From: Craspedostauros australis
Lineage: Eukaryota
DNA length: 33,640 bases
Assembly: GCA_030167865.1 (NCBI GenBank)
Contig: JALAGF010000484.1
Span: 1-33,640 of the forward strand
Reading direction: 5' to 3'
Under the pieces are notes generated by a model, which saw nothing but the letters and a program-made list of their open reading frames with translations, made no database searches and was not told where the DNA came from. Every line of letters starts with the position of its first letter. Positions within the stretch are counted from its first letter, which is position 1. Of the stretch, positions 18,037-29,713 are shown one piece after another. The position numbers and the translations under genes are program-made.

Positions 18037-20339
18037 AGCAACAACAACCACCGAGGCAAGCCAGACGAAGGCACAGCGGAAGTCGCAGAACACGGGACAG
18101 GAAGGAGTCGTCCCGAACATCATCATCAGCGTTAACATCATCATCAGCGTTAACAGCATCAGCGTTAACAGCATCAGCGTTAACAACAACAACAGCAACA
18201 ACATCATCAGCAACAACAACAAACAAGGAACCGCTCAGCTCCAAAAGCACGCACAGCGTCAGAAGTCGAGGATCCAGGCGAAGCCTGCTCCAGGTCAGCA
18301 AGAGCGTCGAGTTTGCAGCTCCCAAGCCCGCCGACAACACCGACAACGCTGCTGCTCAGAGCAAAGTGGACGAGCTCCTGGTGGCGTCGACGACCTACAA
18401 CCCGGTTCCGATCCGATCCACGTTCGTCGTTCCATCCCGCAACTCCACTGGAAAGCTGCTTGCAACCACACCCAACGACAGGAAGCCTCACCAACGCACC
18501 AACCGCAAGAAACGGGATCCCCTGGCTTCGCAGAGCGAGCACTGTCGATCTTTGCGCAGATCAACGAGCCACCGTCAGCTGTCGACATCGCAGCACCGCA
18601 GAAGCGCAGGCAAGCGAGCGACGCTCACGAGGGGGACATCGACGCCGCGTTTGCTCGTCAACACTTTGGCAACGTCGACCACAACAACTGCCGTCCGCAA
18701 ACCCAGAAAGGTCGATCCGCTTGCTTCCAGAAGCGAGCACTGCGTCCTGCATCGGTCCAAGCCGCACTCTTCCAACAGCTTCCACCAGAAACGCCGGCTT
18801 CCAACGAGCTGTCTCAAACAGCCGCCTCCCATCGCCGAACGTGCGGCCTCGTCTCATTCTGCCAGCCGCCAATACCCACAGCAGCAAACTCGACGTCCCA
18901 AAAAGGTCCGAGACAGCCTCACGGTTTCAGAACACGGACAGCGCACCGCATTTCGTCCCACCCTCGCGCCACCCTCCTCATTCGCCAACGTCTCCTTCCG
19001 ACACTTCCGCACCGCACCACGTCCCACCCTCCAAAGATCGCGATCCGTCGTCAGCCTCACAGCACCCTTCCGATCCGTCACGGCCCACGAACGCTTCGTG
19101 GCCGCCGTCCATATCCAGAGGATCACGAGGGGCATCCAAGCGCGCCACAAGCACCGCCGCACCATGCCGCCATCGGATCATGCCCTGCAGCCCATCACCG
19201 TCCTCATTCCCAAGAATGACGATCTCGCCAACAAGATCAAGGCCACGAAGGCCAGGTTGGCGCAAGTCCAGGCGCAGCGTCAACGCGCGACGTCACAGCG
19301 TCAACAGCATCTGCAGCAACAGCAGGATGAGACCCTGCAAGCGCATCGCGCCAAGCTCACGGCGCAACATCGCGAAGCGCAATCGCGCAAGGCCCGCATG
19401 GTGCAGATGGCGTCGCCCGTCCTGCTGGGATTCAAGGCCCGCGATATTCGTCAACAGCGCGAGCGGCTCCTCGAGGACATGGACATTGCCGAGGAGAAGA
19501 ACGGCCGCCTCAAGATCGCCACGAAGAAAGCACGCGATGCCTTCGAGACCCTCAACGCGAGTGCCAAGAGCTTGAAGGAGACGAATGATCAACTCATCAC
19601 GCAGGTCACATCGATCAAGGACTGCCTCCAAGAATGCCAGCTGCAGACGAAGCAACATCGCGCGCGGTTGCGCAAGCATTCGCATGCGCGTGTCGATTAT
19701 CAGACCATCATCCGCAAGATGCATCTGCTCGTGCGTTCGCGTCGCGATATCGCCGACAAGTTCCTGCAGCTGGCGCAAGAGCATGAGGCGGAAGCTCAGA
19801 ATCAACGCCGAGGTGATATGTCGTCGAAGCGGGTGGCGCAGAAAGCGGTCGCCATTAACACGACGAACACAGCGGCCGGCGAAACCACGCGCCAAGTCCG
19901 ATTCGGACCCACCACGATCGCCGAATTCGCCCACATCAAAGGCGACAATCCCAGCTGCTCGCAAGGTTGTCCCATCGCGCTGCATCCCGTCCACACGCGC
20001 CAAGAATCCTTCTCGACGGACGACTTCCAATCGGTGCGCGCCATGCTGCCCAGACGCAAAGGCAAGCGACTCGTCATCCCTTCCAACGTGCGCACGCATC
20101 TACTCAAGGAATCCGGTTATTCCGAATCCGATATAGCGGCGGCGGCCTTGCAGGTTCTCGTCGATAAGAAATTGCGTGCCGAGAGCGTGTGGCAGAGTCT
20201 CAACGATCTCATGCAAGATCAAGGACAAAAGACGCCGGAGGAGATCAAGTTCATTGAGAAGTTCGCCGACAGTATCAAGCAGAAGGAGGCAGCGGCGCAA
20301 GTCAACAACGGCGGGGCCGCTGCGACCGTGGCGAGGTGA
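16893..20339 (+). CDS. Two-exon gene (16893-17102, 17382-20339), ~1055 aa: MGxCxS N-terminus, disordered region, IQ motif, coiled coil, GDNPS-type C-terminal motif
   Basis: The frame of the 17712 ORF is open back to 17376 without an ATG. A GTAAGT donor (17103) and CAG acceptor (17381) join it in phase 0 to an upstream exon beginning MGMCSS. IQRITRGIQAR at 19113-19145; VRFG...GDNPSCSQGCPIAL at ~19896-19982. Confidence 0.75.
17103..17381 (+). other. Predicted GT-AG spliceosomal intron (279 bp)
   Basis: GTAAGT...pyrimidine-rich repeats...TTGAC branch-like motifs...ACAACAG. Removes the in-frame stops at 17343 and 17373 and preserves frame. Confidence 0.7.
17218..17253. repeat. Tandem 9-mer (TTGTCCRTC)x4 inside the predicted intron
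   Basis: Read directly from the sequence. Confidence 0.85.
18000..18047 (+). repeat. (CAG/CAA)n tract encoding poly-Gln
   Basis: Read directly; in frame as a Gln run in the IQ-motif gene. Confidence 0.9.
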
Positions 20340-20642
20340 TGTGCGAATGATGCACATCGACAATATTGTACTTCTATGTGTTGTAGTAGTAATACTAGTA
20401 TGTACTTACGATAGAGAGATATGCAAACAGCAATGGTGTTTTGACATTGTGTGTGTGTTGGAGCAGTCGGCGCGCATTCCGGAATGGTGAACATCAATTT
20501 AAATGCAGCATTGCTATGAGACCAAGTGGCGTGAGTGCTCTATGTCTGTTCGCGTATAGAATACCATTATCGACATAATCTGATTTAGTTCTACTCCTCA
20601 TCTTGTTGCTATCGCTCTTCGTTCGAATGTTACGGTTGGTCT

Positions 20643-21512
20643 CTAAAACTCTCCTGTATCTGGGTCGAGTCGAATTCGAACACGCGCATTCTTCTTCTTG
20701 GGTCGCCTCTTCGCCATGACCGAACTCCGATCAAGCACCTGGCCGTCGTCACGTTGATGCTGCTGCTGCTGTTGTTCATAGAGATGCACGAGGCGTTCGT
20801 GCTTGGCCTGCTGCTGGTGAAGCTGTCGCAAGAACTGTTGCTGCATCGGATCTGGCGTTGCGGCCGCGGCAGCCGAGGCAGCGGCCGCCGTCGTGTTGGT
20901 GCGGCCGCTCATATCCATGGTGTTGCTATTGTAGATGATGCTCTTGTTCCTGCGCAGGTTGCTGTTCTTGGCTTTGCTGCCGTGCACGGCCATGCTTTCA
21001 TCCATGACTTCCGTCGACGATGCGCACAGCGACGTCGGCATGCTGTCGCACGAGAATGGCGTCGTGAGGGTGCTCAAGAACGTACCCTTCGTCTTGATCG
21101 AACCGTGATCGTCTTCGGCGTCTTCGGGATGACGCAGGCTGTCGTCTATCGCGTTGGCCTCCTCCGCGATGGCCTTGTCGATGAGCGCCTGCTTCAGCGC
21201 GGCCACCTCGGCGCGTTGCCGACGCAGCTCGTTGCTCGTGTCGATGATCTCCTGCTGCTGCTTCGTCTTGATGTGCCGATGCATCTTGTTGCAGTAGTCC
21301 ATCTGGTACTGCAGCTCCGAGCAGCTGTCGTGGATGGACATCTGATCGGGCTGCGTGTTCTGCAGGAAGAGGCGCTGCTTCTGCTGTTTGCGGCGGTGAC
21401 GTTCCATGACGTGCAGTCCTCGGCGTCTGCTGCGGCTGCTGACGGATCGCAGCGTGGCGCCGTCATTGTCATCGGACATGTCCTCGGTATTTCTGCGACG
21501 CAGGAACCTCAT
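20643..21512 (-). CDS. Hypothetical coiled-coil protein
   Basis: ATG start MRFLRRRN within the 315 aa ORF. GC3-rich codons like neighbouring genes; heptad region ELRRQRAEVAALKQALI; basic C-terminus KRRPKKK. Confidence 0.7.
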   Translation of the reverse strand: MRFLRRRNTEDMSDDNDGATLRSVSSRSRRRGLHVMERHRRKQQKQRLFLQNTQPDQMSIHDSCSELQYQMDYCNKMHRHIKTKQQQEIIDTSNELRRQRAEVAALKQALIDKAIAEEANAIDDSLRHPEDAEDDHGSIKTKGTFLSTLTTPFSCDSMPTSLCASSTEVMDESMAVHGSKAKNSNLRRNKSIIYNSNTMDMSGRTNTTAAAASAAAAATPDPMQQQFLRQLHQQQAKHERLVHLYEQQQQQHQRDDGQVLDRSSVMAKRRPKKKNARVRIRLDPDTGEF

Positions 21513-22494
21513 CGTGGACTCGGGGGGACGTCCCGTTGGATGCGTTTGGTGCGGGTGCTTGTGGTGGATGCGACTTGTGCGGATTAGCAATTGTGAATGA
21601 AGGAATGATGCCGATGCCTTGTTGTGGTGACATGAGCGACGGATTGGTGCTGATGTTGATGTTTGCGTGGATTTTGTGGGCTGCGCGTTCTGCTTTGCGC
21701 CTTTTTACGAGCTGTGGTCGTGTGGGCTTGCGAAGGGAAAATGGCGCGAGGGTGAGGAAGTCACATCGGACATTCATAGAGGGCCGGCTCGCATGGAACC
21801 CCTATGTATTTTCGGAGTTTAGCGAAAGTGCGACATTTCCGACGCATGAAGCACGTAAAAGTGGCGATCTATGTGACATCAAACTGACGGACTAAAATAT
21901 CTATGTGACATGGCTGGTTCCATTGTTGACTCGTGTTGTCGGAGGCATGTGTCGCGAGCACAAGTGTCCACAACACGCGTTTGTGCTTGTGCGAAGCGGG
22001 TGGATGGAGCGTGACAGGGCAGTTCGTCGCCAACTCTGGAAGCGCTGTGCCGAACACGTGCATTTCGTTGCATTGGCGTCCTCTGTGAAGGTTTGGTTTG
22101 GTGCGAGTAGTTGTTGTTGTGGGTAGACGTCAGAGCTGTGGCACCCGCATGATCGGCTTCGACGACGTTGTCGCCGATGTGTGCATCCTTCTAAATCGCT
22201 CTCGGCACTTGTGGAGGATAAAAGGTGTTGGTATTGGAGCTAGACCAACATGTCGATGCTACGAACGTTAGTGTAGAACTCTACTACAGAGAGAGAGTGT
22301 GTGTATGAGTTTCTCGAATAATGTTGTATCGGACTATTCCTCTATTACATAATACCCATACAGCGTTACTGCGGTTGCCATTCAAGGATATCGCTGTATT
22401 CTGTATGCGTGGATGGAGAGCTGTGACTGCAGAAAGACGCCGATGGACTGATTCATGTTGATGGGCAACAGCTTCATTCCGTGCGTTTCGCATG

Positions 22495-22986
22495 TCACGC
22501 CGGTTGCTGTCGACACACCCCCACAAAGTCTGGCACCATGTGACACTGATCCTGCCTGCGTTGCGACGAGCAGCTGCTGTCGATGCTATCGTCGTCCAAC
22601 AGCGACACGTGCCGCAGTGTTTCAAATTGCTCTCGCGTGCGTGATGCAATGTCATTTGCTTGCTTGCCGTATCGTTTCTGCAGATGATCCGTGATGCTGA
22701 CGATGGTTTCGGCTTCGTCGTTGGACGACGGTTGTTTGCTTTGTTGCGGCTGTGGTAACGATGGTGGTGCAGCAACCTCTGTGGGAGCCGTCGTGTCTTT
22801 GCTTGGCTTGTCATTGGGCGTCTGATTTCCCAACGAGATGACATCATCGCAGGGAGCCGTCTTCTTTTGCGTCTCATCTTGTTGCTTGGCAGATGACTTG
22901 CCGCTCTTGACTGAGAATCGTCGCACTTCGTTGGCCTCCGGCGTGATGGCATTCTTGCGCCTGCGTCGGAATGGAATTAATCTCAT
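22495..22986 (-). CDS. Hypothetical small disordered protein
   Basis: ATG start MRLIPFRRRRK, 163 aa. The upstream part of the ORF-track call is microsatellite or UTR-like. Confidence 0.5.
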   Translation of the reverse strand: MRLIPFRRRRKNAITPEANEVRRFSVKSGKSSAKQQDETQKKTAPCDDVISLGNQTPNDKPSKDTTAPTEVAAPPSLPQPQQSKQPSSNDEAETIVSITDHLQKRYGKQANDIASRTREQFETLRHVSLLDDDSIDSSCSSQRRQDQCHMVPDFVGVCRQQPA

Positions 22987-23103
22987 GGCTTGGCTCGTAT
23001 TGGGGCGATGTGATGCTGTTGATGTGCGGTGTTGCGGTGTGCTGTGAGAGCCGTCCAATGTGGAGGCACTTGTCGCTTCCGTTGCTGCTTCTCGAAGGAC
23101 GAT

Positions 23104-23140
23104 CACACACTCTCTCTCTCTCTCTCTGTGTGTGTCTCTC
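23104..23140. repeat. Compound (CA)(CT)(GT)(CT) microsatellite
   Basis: Read directly from the sequence. Confidence 0.85.
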
Positions 23141-23952
23141 TGTCTTTCGATTGATCTCCGCTTGGTGGAACAAAATGTGTCGGTGGGAGCGATGGTTTGT
23201 CGAAGAGGAGAAGATAAATGCGAGTCTGCCACTGTGGCCGGAGAACACCAACTGCAAAATGCTCCCAACCACACAAGCGACATCTCTTGTGGAGGCGTCG
23301 TGATCCCCAACACGACGTCATCGCCCATCCGTTGCAACGCATCCCATCGATGTAAAAACTCACACCATCACCAGTTTGTCATTCTCCTTTCCCCGGCTCG
23401 CGCCACAATTTCGCCGCGTCCATTCGGCGACTTGGTCGGAAAACAAGCTTCTGCTTCGCCACACGAAACTCCCCTTTGAGCAAAGTCACCCAGCACCTTC
23501 CTCCACCAATCATCAACCCCACTTTTACTTACTTCTCCTCCACCATCTCCAACACTCCAATTGTGAGGATGTTGCCTATTATAATATTATAACAGAATAG
23601 TTGTCAAAGTACTCCGCTTCTTCCTAAAACAAACACGCTCTGATCATCTTCATCGTCGCGCTGCTGGATGTGTTGTGCGATTGTTCACGTTTCGCACCTG
23701 TTCGCCCGGCGTTCTGTTGTGACCGTTGAAAATCGACCAATTCGACTCATCGCTTTCTGCTGATTCATCACAAATGCTGGTCATCGATGTTGTTGCGAGT
23801 TGTTGAGGTTGGCGGCGCAGGTGAGAAAGGTGTTGCATCATGACTGCGACGCAACGCAATGCAACGCAATGTAGTGTAGTGCTGATCGGCCATACTTCAC
23901 GTTACGTTGCTATTGGTGGAAGTCATCATCGAAGTCGCCTTGGATCTTCCTG

Positions 23953-25767
23953 ATGTTCTCATCTTCGACAAGATCAACATCATCAACAATATCGTCATCA
24001 TCAAATATCATCATCGCGATATCACAAATGCCATCATCTCGACCGTTGTCGCAACCATCGGATGGTCCGGTCATTCGCCCCAACCAACGCGATGCATCCA
24101 CCAGGACGGCTTCCAAGCAGAAGAAGAAGACGAGGAAGAAGGCAACACCTACAACCAATCGCAAGAACAAGGGCCGACGCAACAAGCACAAGAAGAGCAG
24201 ATTGAGATATGGGGTCTATGGCGCGCTGGCCGTTGTCGTCATCTTCTTCATCGCGGTGCAGCACTTTGCGTTTCGTTACCTTTCATCCCATCCAACGATG
24301 CCGACCAACGACCTCATTCCACAAGCCTTGACCGATCTGCGCCATTCCGAATCTGGCGTGCATGACATTGGCGTCGCGCAGCAACCGCAGCAGCAATCCG
24401 AAGAACAGCAGCAGGAACAACCACAACAGCAACAAGAACCAAAGATCTACTTCGACTACTACCAGGACCACTTGGACGAGCTGCTGGAACCGCTGCCCGA
24501 TTGGATCCAGAACTACCTGCACTGGCACGCCGAACAACGACGCAAATTCCCCGGCATGCAGCTCTTCACGCATCCCGACGCGCCCAACCTCCTCGTGCGC
24601 GTCTGCCTCGGCTTGTGCGGCGGCCTGCACGACCGTCTGGGACAGCTGCCATGGGATCTCTACCTCGCCAACCAAACGCAGCGCGTCCTGCTGCTGGCAT
24701 GGCAGCGACCGCGCGCGCTGGAACATTTCCTGCAACCCGCCTTTCCGCAGCTCTTCAATTGGAGTATCCCGCCCGAGGCCGATTACGGCTTTGACGGTTT
24801 GGTGCACGTGCGCGATCATGTCAAGGAGCTGTTCGACTACCCCGCCATGCCCGAGGCCAATCCGACGCAGGCCTTCTGGCAGCACGATGTCGACACCGCG
24901 ATCGCACGCGCCAACGCGGGCGACGACAAGGTGCTGCGGCATCGCATATTGGGACATCTCGGCGAGTACCAGCTGGAGCAGCGGTTGCAGCAGCTGCACG
25001 GCGAGACGAACACGAAGCTGCATGAATACCCCATCTTCGGCAACCTCTTCTGGCTCTTCTTCCGTCCCAACCCCGCCATCGCGACGCAGTTCAAGGCCGT
25101 CCTGCACGACGAGCTGCAATTGTCACCGCAAAACTACACGGTCGTGCATTGCCGCGTGCGCCATCCCAAGGCCGTCAAGGGACATGTGCTGGGCAAGAAT
25201 CCCAACTACCCCGCCGATAAGACGGGGTTGCCGTGGGTCGGCGAGGCGCGGACCTTTGCCATCGAGACGGCGACGCATGCCGTTGCCTGCGCGCTCTATA
25301 TTCTGCAAGCGCAGCCCATCTACTTCATGAGTGATTCGAACGACCTCGTGCGGCACGTCGCGTTCGAGCTGCAAGACGCCGCGCAGAATGACAGCGATGT
25401 CGATCGTCCATTGTTGCAGATGCTTGCGGCGCAACGGATTCGCGCCCGCGATCCGACCATGGAGAATCCGCATATCGATCGACAGAAGGGACGGCCGCCG
25501 GCCGAGTATTATCCCGTCTTTGTGGATCTGCTGTTGGCCATTCATGCTCGTTGCGTCGTCTACGGTATCGGATACTACGCCAAATTCGCCGCCAAGTTGT
25601 CGGGGACGACGTGCAAATTGCGGTATGCGGAGGAAGTGTGGGGCAAGAATACGGATGGACGGCACAAGAAAAAGGATGCACGGCACAAGAAGAAGGATGC
25701 AGAGACGGAAAAGGATGATGGAGAGGCCACCTGCACACGCCCCATGTATCAGAAGTATCTGGCATGA
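23953..25767 (+). CDS. Type II membrane glycosyltransferase, GDP-fucose-utilising (O-fucosyltransferase / FUT8-NodZ superfamily-like)
   Basis: Basic cytosolic tail, TM GVYGALAVVVIFFIAV, Gln-rich stem. Catalytic-domain motifs CGGLHDRL, VHCR (motif I), IYFMSDS (motif II) and DLLLAIHARCVV (motif III). Alternative start at 24028. Confidence 0.75.
   Translation: MFSSSTRSTSSTISSSSNIIIAISQMPSSRPLSQPSDGPVIRPNQRDASTRTASKQKKKTRKKATPTTNRKNKGRRNKHKKSRLRYGVYGALAVVVIFFIAVQHFAFRYLSSHPTMPTNDLIPQALTDLRHSESGVHDIGVAQQPQQQSEEQQQEQPQQQQEPKIYFDYYQDHLDELLEPLPDWIQNYLHWHAEQRRKFPGMQLFTHPDAPNLLVRVCLGLCGGLHDRLGQLPWDLYLANQTQRVLLLAWQRPRALEHFLQPAFPQLFNWSIPPEADYGFDGLVHVRDHVKELFDYPAMPEANPTQAFWQHDVDTAIARANAGDDKVLRHRILGHLGEYQLEQRLQQLHGETNTKLHEYPIFGNLFWLFFRPNPAIATQFKAVLHDELQLSPQNYTVVHCRVRHPKAVKGHVLGKNPNYPADKTGLPWVGEARTFAIETATHAVACALYILQAQPIYFMSDSNDLVRHVAFELQDAAQNDSDVDRPLLQMLAAQRIRARDPTMENPHIDRQKGRPPAEYYPVFVDLLLAIHARCVVYGIGYYAKFAAKLSGTTCKLRYAEEVWGKNTDGRHKKKDARHKKKDAETEKDDGEATCTRPMYQKYLA
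25660..25701 (+). repeat. 21-bp in-frame tandem duplication (RHKKKDA x2)
   Basis: cggcacaagaaaaaggatgca followed by cggcacaagaagaaggatgca. Confidence 0.9.
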
Positions 25768-27170
25768 AGCGATGCAGAGCGTGCGGCTACGCACACGGAG
25801 TGATAGCACAGTGTCATGATACAACTGCGTGATGAATTGTGAGTTGTGAGCTGTACTGCATTGGACTGCGTTGGGCTGCATCAGACTGCGCTGGACTCGA
25901 TTGAATTGCGTTGGACCAAAAAGACTGAGGATGCTGCATGCAGCGAGACGGATAACAACAACCAGCAAACCAAGCCCAAGAGCGAGAACGTCTCCTTGTC
26001 ACTTTCCTGCCGATGGCCGAGAAGCCCGACTATCCATCACGATCTCTGGTTCGAGCATTCTGAGCACAAGAGGCAACCTGGAAATGTGACGGTGCCAGCC
26101 CGATGCGAAAATCGTGAACAGCGAACAAAGAGAGAAAGAAGGGAAACGAAAGATCCAAAGCTGACGTCACGGACGGGACAAGAACGTCAATGAAAAGTAT
26201 TCATCTCCGTATACATTTCAAAATTAGACTCGGCCTTCTCCTCCCCGCCGCTCAGCACTTTTCCATCATTCACGGTTGTCAACAACACACAGTTCAACGG
26301 TGCACAGGTCCGTACGACTGGGAGGAGGTCGTTGTCTTGGTGTCGTGGTAACCGGCAAATCCCTGCGTTGCTCCAAACAATGCGCAAATGTGATGACCGC
26401 GGTTTTGTGCACGAGTAAATTGGGCGCGCGCATTTTTCCACGATAAATCCCGGCACGACGTGACAAGCGGTGATGCGGGACATTCAAAGACCTCACAAAA
26501 CTGAAAAACCGAACCAAACAGAGCAACAGATCGTGACAAACTGATCACAACAAAGAGAAGATCCAAGCAACAGCTTGTCTCATCGTCAATCAAGAGAAAG
26601 GGATAGAACGACACCATACTCCGCACATCAAGACACGGACAAGAAAGGCGACGGATACGGAAACCCGAGCAACCACGCAGCCGACGCCCATTTTGTCGAT
26701 TATCCTTGATTGGAAGGACGAAATCACATAACGATCAGCACGCTCCGAAGTCGTTGCTGACTGCCCAACGACCACGTGCTGGACAACACTCTCTGCTGTC
26801 GCTTGTCCTCCGTCCAATCTCGCATCTCCCGCTGCACTGCGCTGCACTACACTGAGCAGCTGCTTTTGTTCACTCCTCCAATTTCGCACGATCGTCCGCA
26901 GAAGCGAACAACATCCGAACAGAACAATTCAACAAACCAGAAGTTGGTGGGATCGAACGCAGCCAGAGCTCAGAGACCTGACTCCAACACGCCTCCTCCA
27001 GTCTCTGCAACAGGCGATCTCTGCCTCTGCGATCCTCACAAGATCTGCGAAGCCATAAAATCAATCAGGGCATCATCAGCACAGCTCGAATCCATTCCAT
27101 TCATTCCGCATCAAAATCACATCAAAATCACATCACCAACACAAGCACCAACACAAACGCACACATCAAG

Positions 27171-27689
27171 ATGAGACGATCACGACGCACAACGGCCCGC
27201 ACACAGCGAGCGGCCAAAGCCCTGGGCGCGGATACGAGCAGCAGCAAGTCATCGTCATCCAAATCCAAGAAGCGCAGCGGCAAGAGCAAGTCCACCCAGG
27301 TGACGGGCAGCACGCGGAGCACATCCGCATCATCCACCTGCTCGAGGCAGAGTGCGCACACGCGCAGTCATGTGCGCAGTACCACTACCACCACTACCAA
27401 CAAGCCAAGCAAGTCCTTGTTCAAACGCCTCTTCTCCAAATCCAGCAACACTTCAACTTCCAAAAAGCAGCAGCAGCAACCACAGCACAGAGACGCGCTC
27501 TCCGAGGTCCACAGCGACCCCGATACAGCCTCCTCCACCTCGGACGAGCGCGACGACGTGCCAACTCCGCTGCTCAGCGAGCGCCGCCAACTCACGGCAC
27601 ACAATCTGCATACCCGTTATTACAGGCACTCCGTTCGGAACAGTCATCAGTTCTCGTCAACGGAGATGAACAACGGTTACGATCCTTGA
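27171..27689 (+). CDS. Hypothetical small basic Ser/Lys/Arg-rich protein
   Basis: 172 aa ATG ORF preceded by a CA-rich 5' leader, with GC3-rich codons; no domain recognised. Confidence 0.6.
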   Translation: MRRSRRTTARTQRAAKALGADTSSSKSSSSKSKKRSGKSKSTQVTGSTRSTSASSTCSRQSAHTRSHVRSTTTTTTNKPSKSLFKRLFSKSSNTSTSKKQQQQPQHRDALSEVHSDPDTASSTSDERDDVPTPLLSERRQLTAHNLHTRYYRHSVRNSHQFSSTEMNNGYDP

Positions 27690-28297
27690 CACAATCGTGC
27701 GTGTCGAGCAGCAGCACCACATTTTTCCGCCATTTGCATCCATTATCATGTCATACATAGACTACGCGCCTCGCTTGTTTCATGACACCAACAACATACA
27801 TACCAATAGCACAATCCTTTGTACCATACTCTGCTCTGCATCATGGTTTGTCGCACACCGCGCGTTTGCCCACAGATACGACAATACTCACAGAGGGATA
27901 CGATCTGCGCTGGTTGCTGCGATCATGCCAACATTTCGGTATCCCCGCATCGACGTCACGGACAAATTGTGATTTGAAGTGTTTCACGGTTTCCGTTGGC
28001 ATAGAACAGAATGCGACACGGCCAATCAAGACCGGGCCGGTTCAACACGAATGAATTTTGCAGCTCGAACTCTCCGTTGCTTTCAATATAACATGCAATT
28101 AGAGTATTTACCGCATACTACAATATGTTCATCAAATATTACGTCTGTACTTGATCCCAAATCGGTTTGCACAGAACTGCCAGAATCGGCGAATTGGATT
28201 GGCGCGGAGGAATCGAAGAGGAGTGACAACGAAGTCCAGAGATGAAGGCATGGATAGATGCTTTCGATCGGAAGCGCTTCCTGATCCAACCGTCCGG

Positions 28298-28900
28298 TTA
28301 GATGTGGTTGCGCAACCAATGTGTTTTACAAGCACTCATCGTTCTGTTCAGCGCACAACTGACGAAGGTGCCTTCAAGTCGATCTATGATGGCCAAGGCC
28401 AACCACTCTCGCATCGCAACAATCACCTTCGTTTCGCATCGTTCGATCCTGTTTTTGCCGAGGATGTCCTTGGCGGTTTCTTCGTTGACCATAATTGCCC
28501 CTTCTAACTTGCGGGTTGATGGTAATTGTACTGTGTTGTGGAGTAGGTGGTTGTCCATGTTTCTCCTTCAGGAGGAATTGTTTGGGCGTCTACGATCACA
28601 GATCGATGGGTTTTGGTTGCGTCAAGGGCTGGTCGTTGGCATCCACTCCAAAGAAGCCTGAGGCTTCGTGTTCGTTCGCAATGAGATCGATAGTTGCAGC
28701 GAAGAAGAAGGCTGAAATTGGCCGTTCCAAGTCATTTGTGCATGAACGACTTTTTTCCTCCGTCACCCATGCCTCCGACGTTCACTCCTGAGGGACAAAC
28801 GGAAACATGACCAACATGGGACCCAAAGCCGCCCTTCTTGCGACACTGAAAATGCCCTCCGCCTTTCACATGGCATTCTTTTTAGTATCAACGGAGGAAT
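28298..28900 (-). pseudogene. Possible decayed BTB/POZ-BACK gene
   Basis: One minus frame with stops reads KAEGIFSVARRAALG...SCTNDL...IDLIANEHEASGFFGV (BTB-like). A shifted frame reads KDILGKNRIERCETKVIVAMREW (BACK-like). Confidence 0.3.
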
Positions 28901-29713
28901 GTGAAGCAAGCGACCACAGCCGCAAGCGAATCAACTGCAACAGGTTAGTTGAACTCGTCCCTATCATTCTTTCATGGTGGTCACAAAACTTATGCTCGCC
29001 ACCAACAACGGGAATACTTGGCCGAAACAGCCACATTCCATGCGCTTCTTTTCCCGTGGTTTATCCGAGAATGACACTACGTGAAACGGAGGAATCGCGA
29101 AAGAAGTGTCCCTGCAGTTCGCCCGTGATTCTGATGCGCCAACATTCGCAAACACCACCAGCTTGCACCTTGCGCGGCTCGGCAAAATACGGAGTGCCTC
29201 CGCAAGCACAAGTACCTGTATTTGCGTGTGCGCAAAGTGTGAGGTGCAATCACATGAAGATCGGCAGAGAGCTCTGCTGCGATTCTCCCAGCCTCTGGCC
29301 GCTGAGTTCATCGGTTCCTCGGCGTTGGTCTGAATGGCATGGTTATGTGTTGTTGGTATTGCTCTGCGCCATGCACTTCTCCGAAAAGAATCCATTTGTG
29401 TCTGATGCAACCGCTCAAACCGAGAAGTGGCCACCTCTGTTCTGGTGAGCTGAGGAACAACTTCCGATGGTATGCTGACACACGTCAGGAATCAAAAGTG
29501 TTTGCACTTGCATTCGCACTTTAACTGCGTTGCGTTGTGTTGTGCCGTATTGATAGATCGCAGAACAGAGCGGAGCAGTTTTTTCCACAGCTGATGTCAC
29601 AACTGCATTCACCATCACCACCATTGCATCACCATCGCATCACAAAACGAAGTCCAAGTCCAACTGCAACTCCAAGCGATACAGAGCAACATCACCGCAG
29701 TAGCACAATCATC

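Noticed and set aside
18313-19575. 420 aa alternative-frame ORF inside the IQ gene, and similar ones at 24362-25330, 24283-25119 and 20754-21587
   Set aside because: Arg/Ser/Pro-rich off-frame or antisense products expected from codon bias of the real CDS.
28807-29448. 213 aa + strand ORF
   Set aside because: No domain similarity or coding-like codon bias, and partly antisense to the suspected BTB relic.
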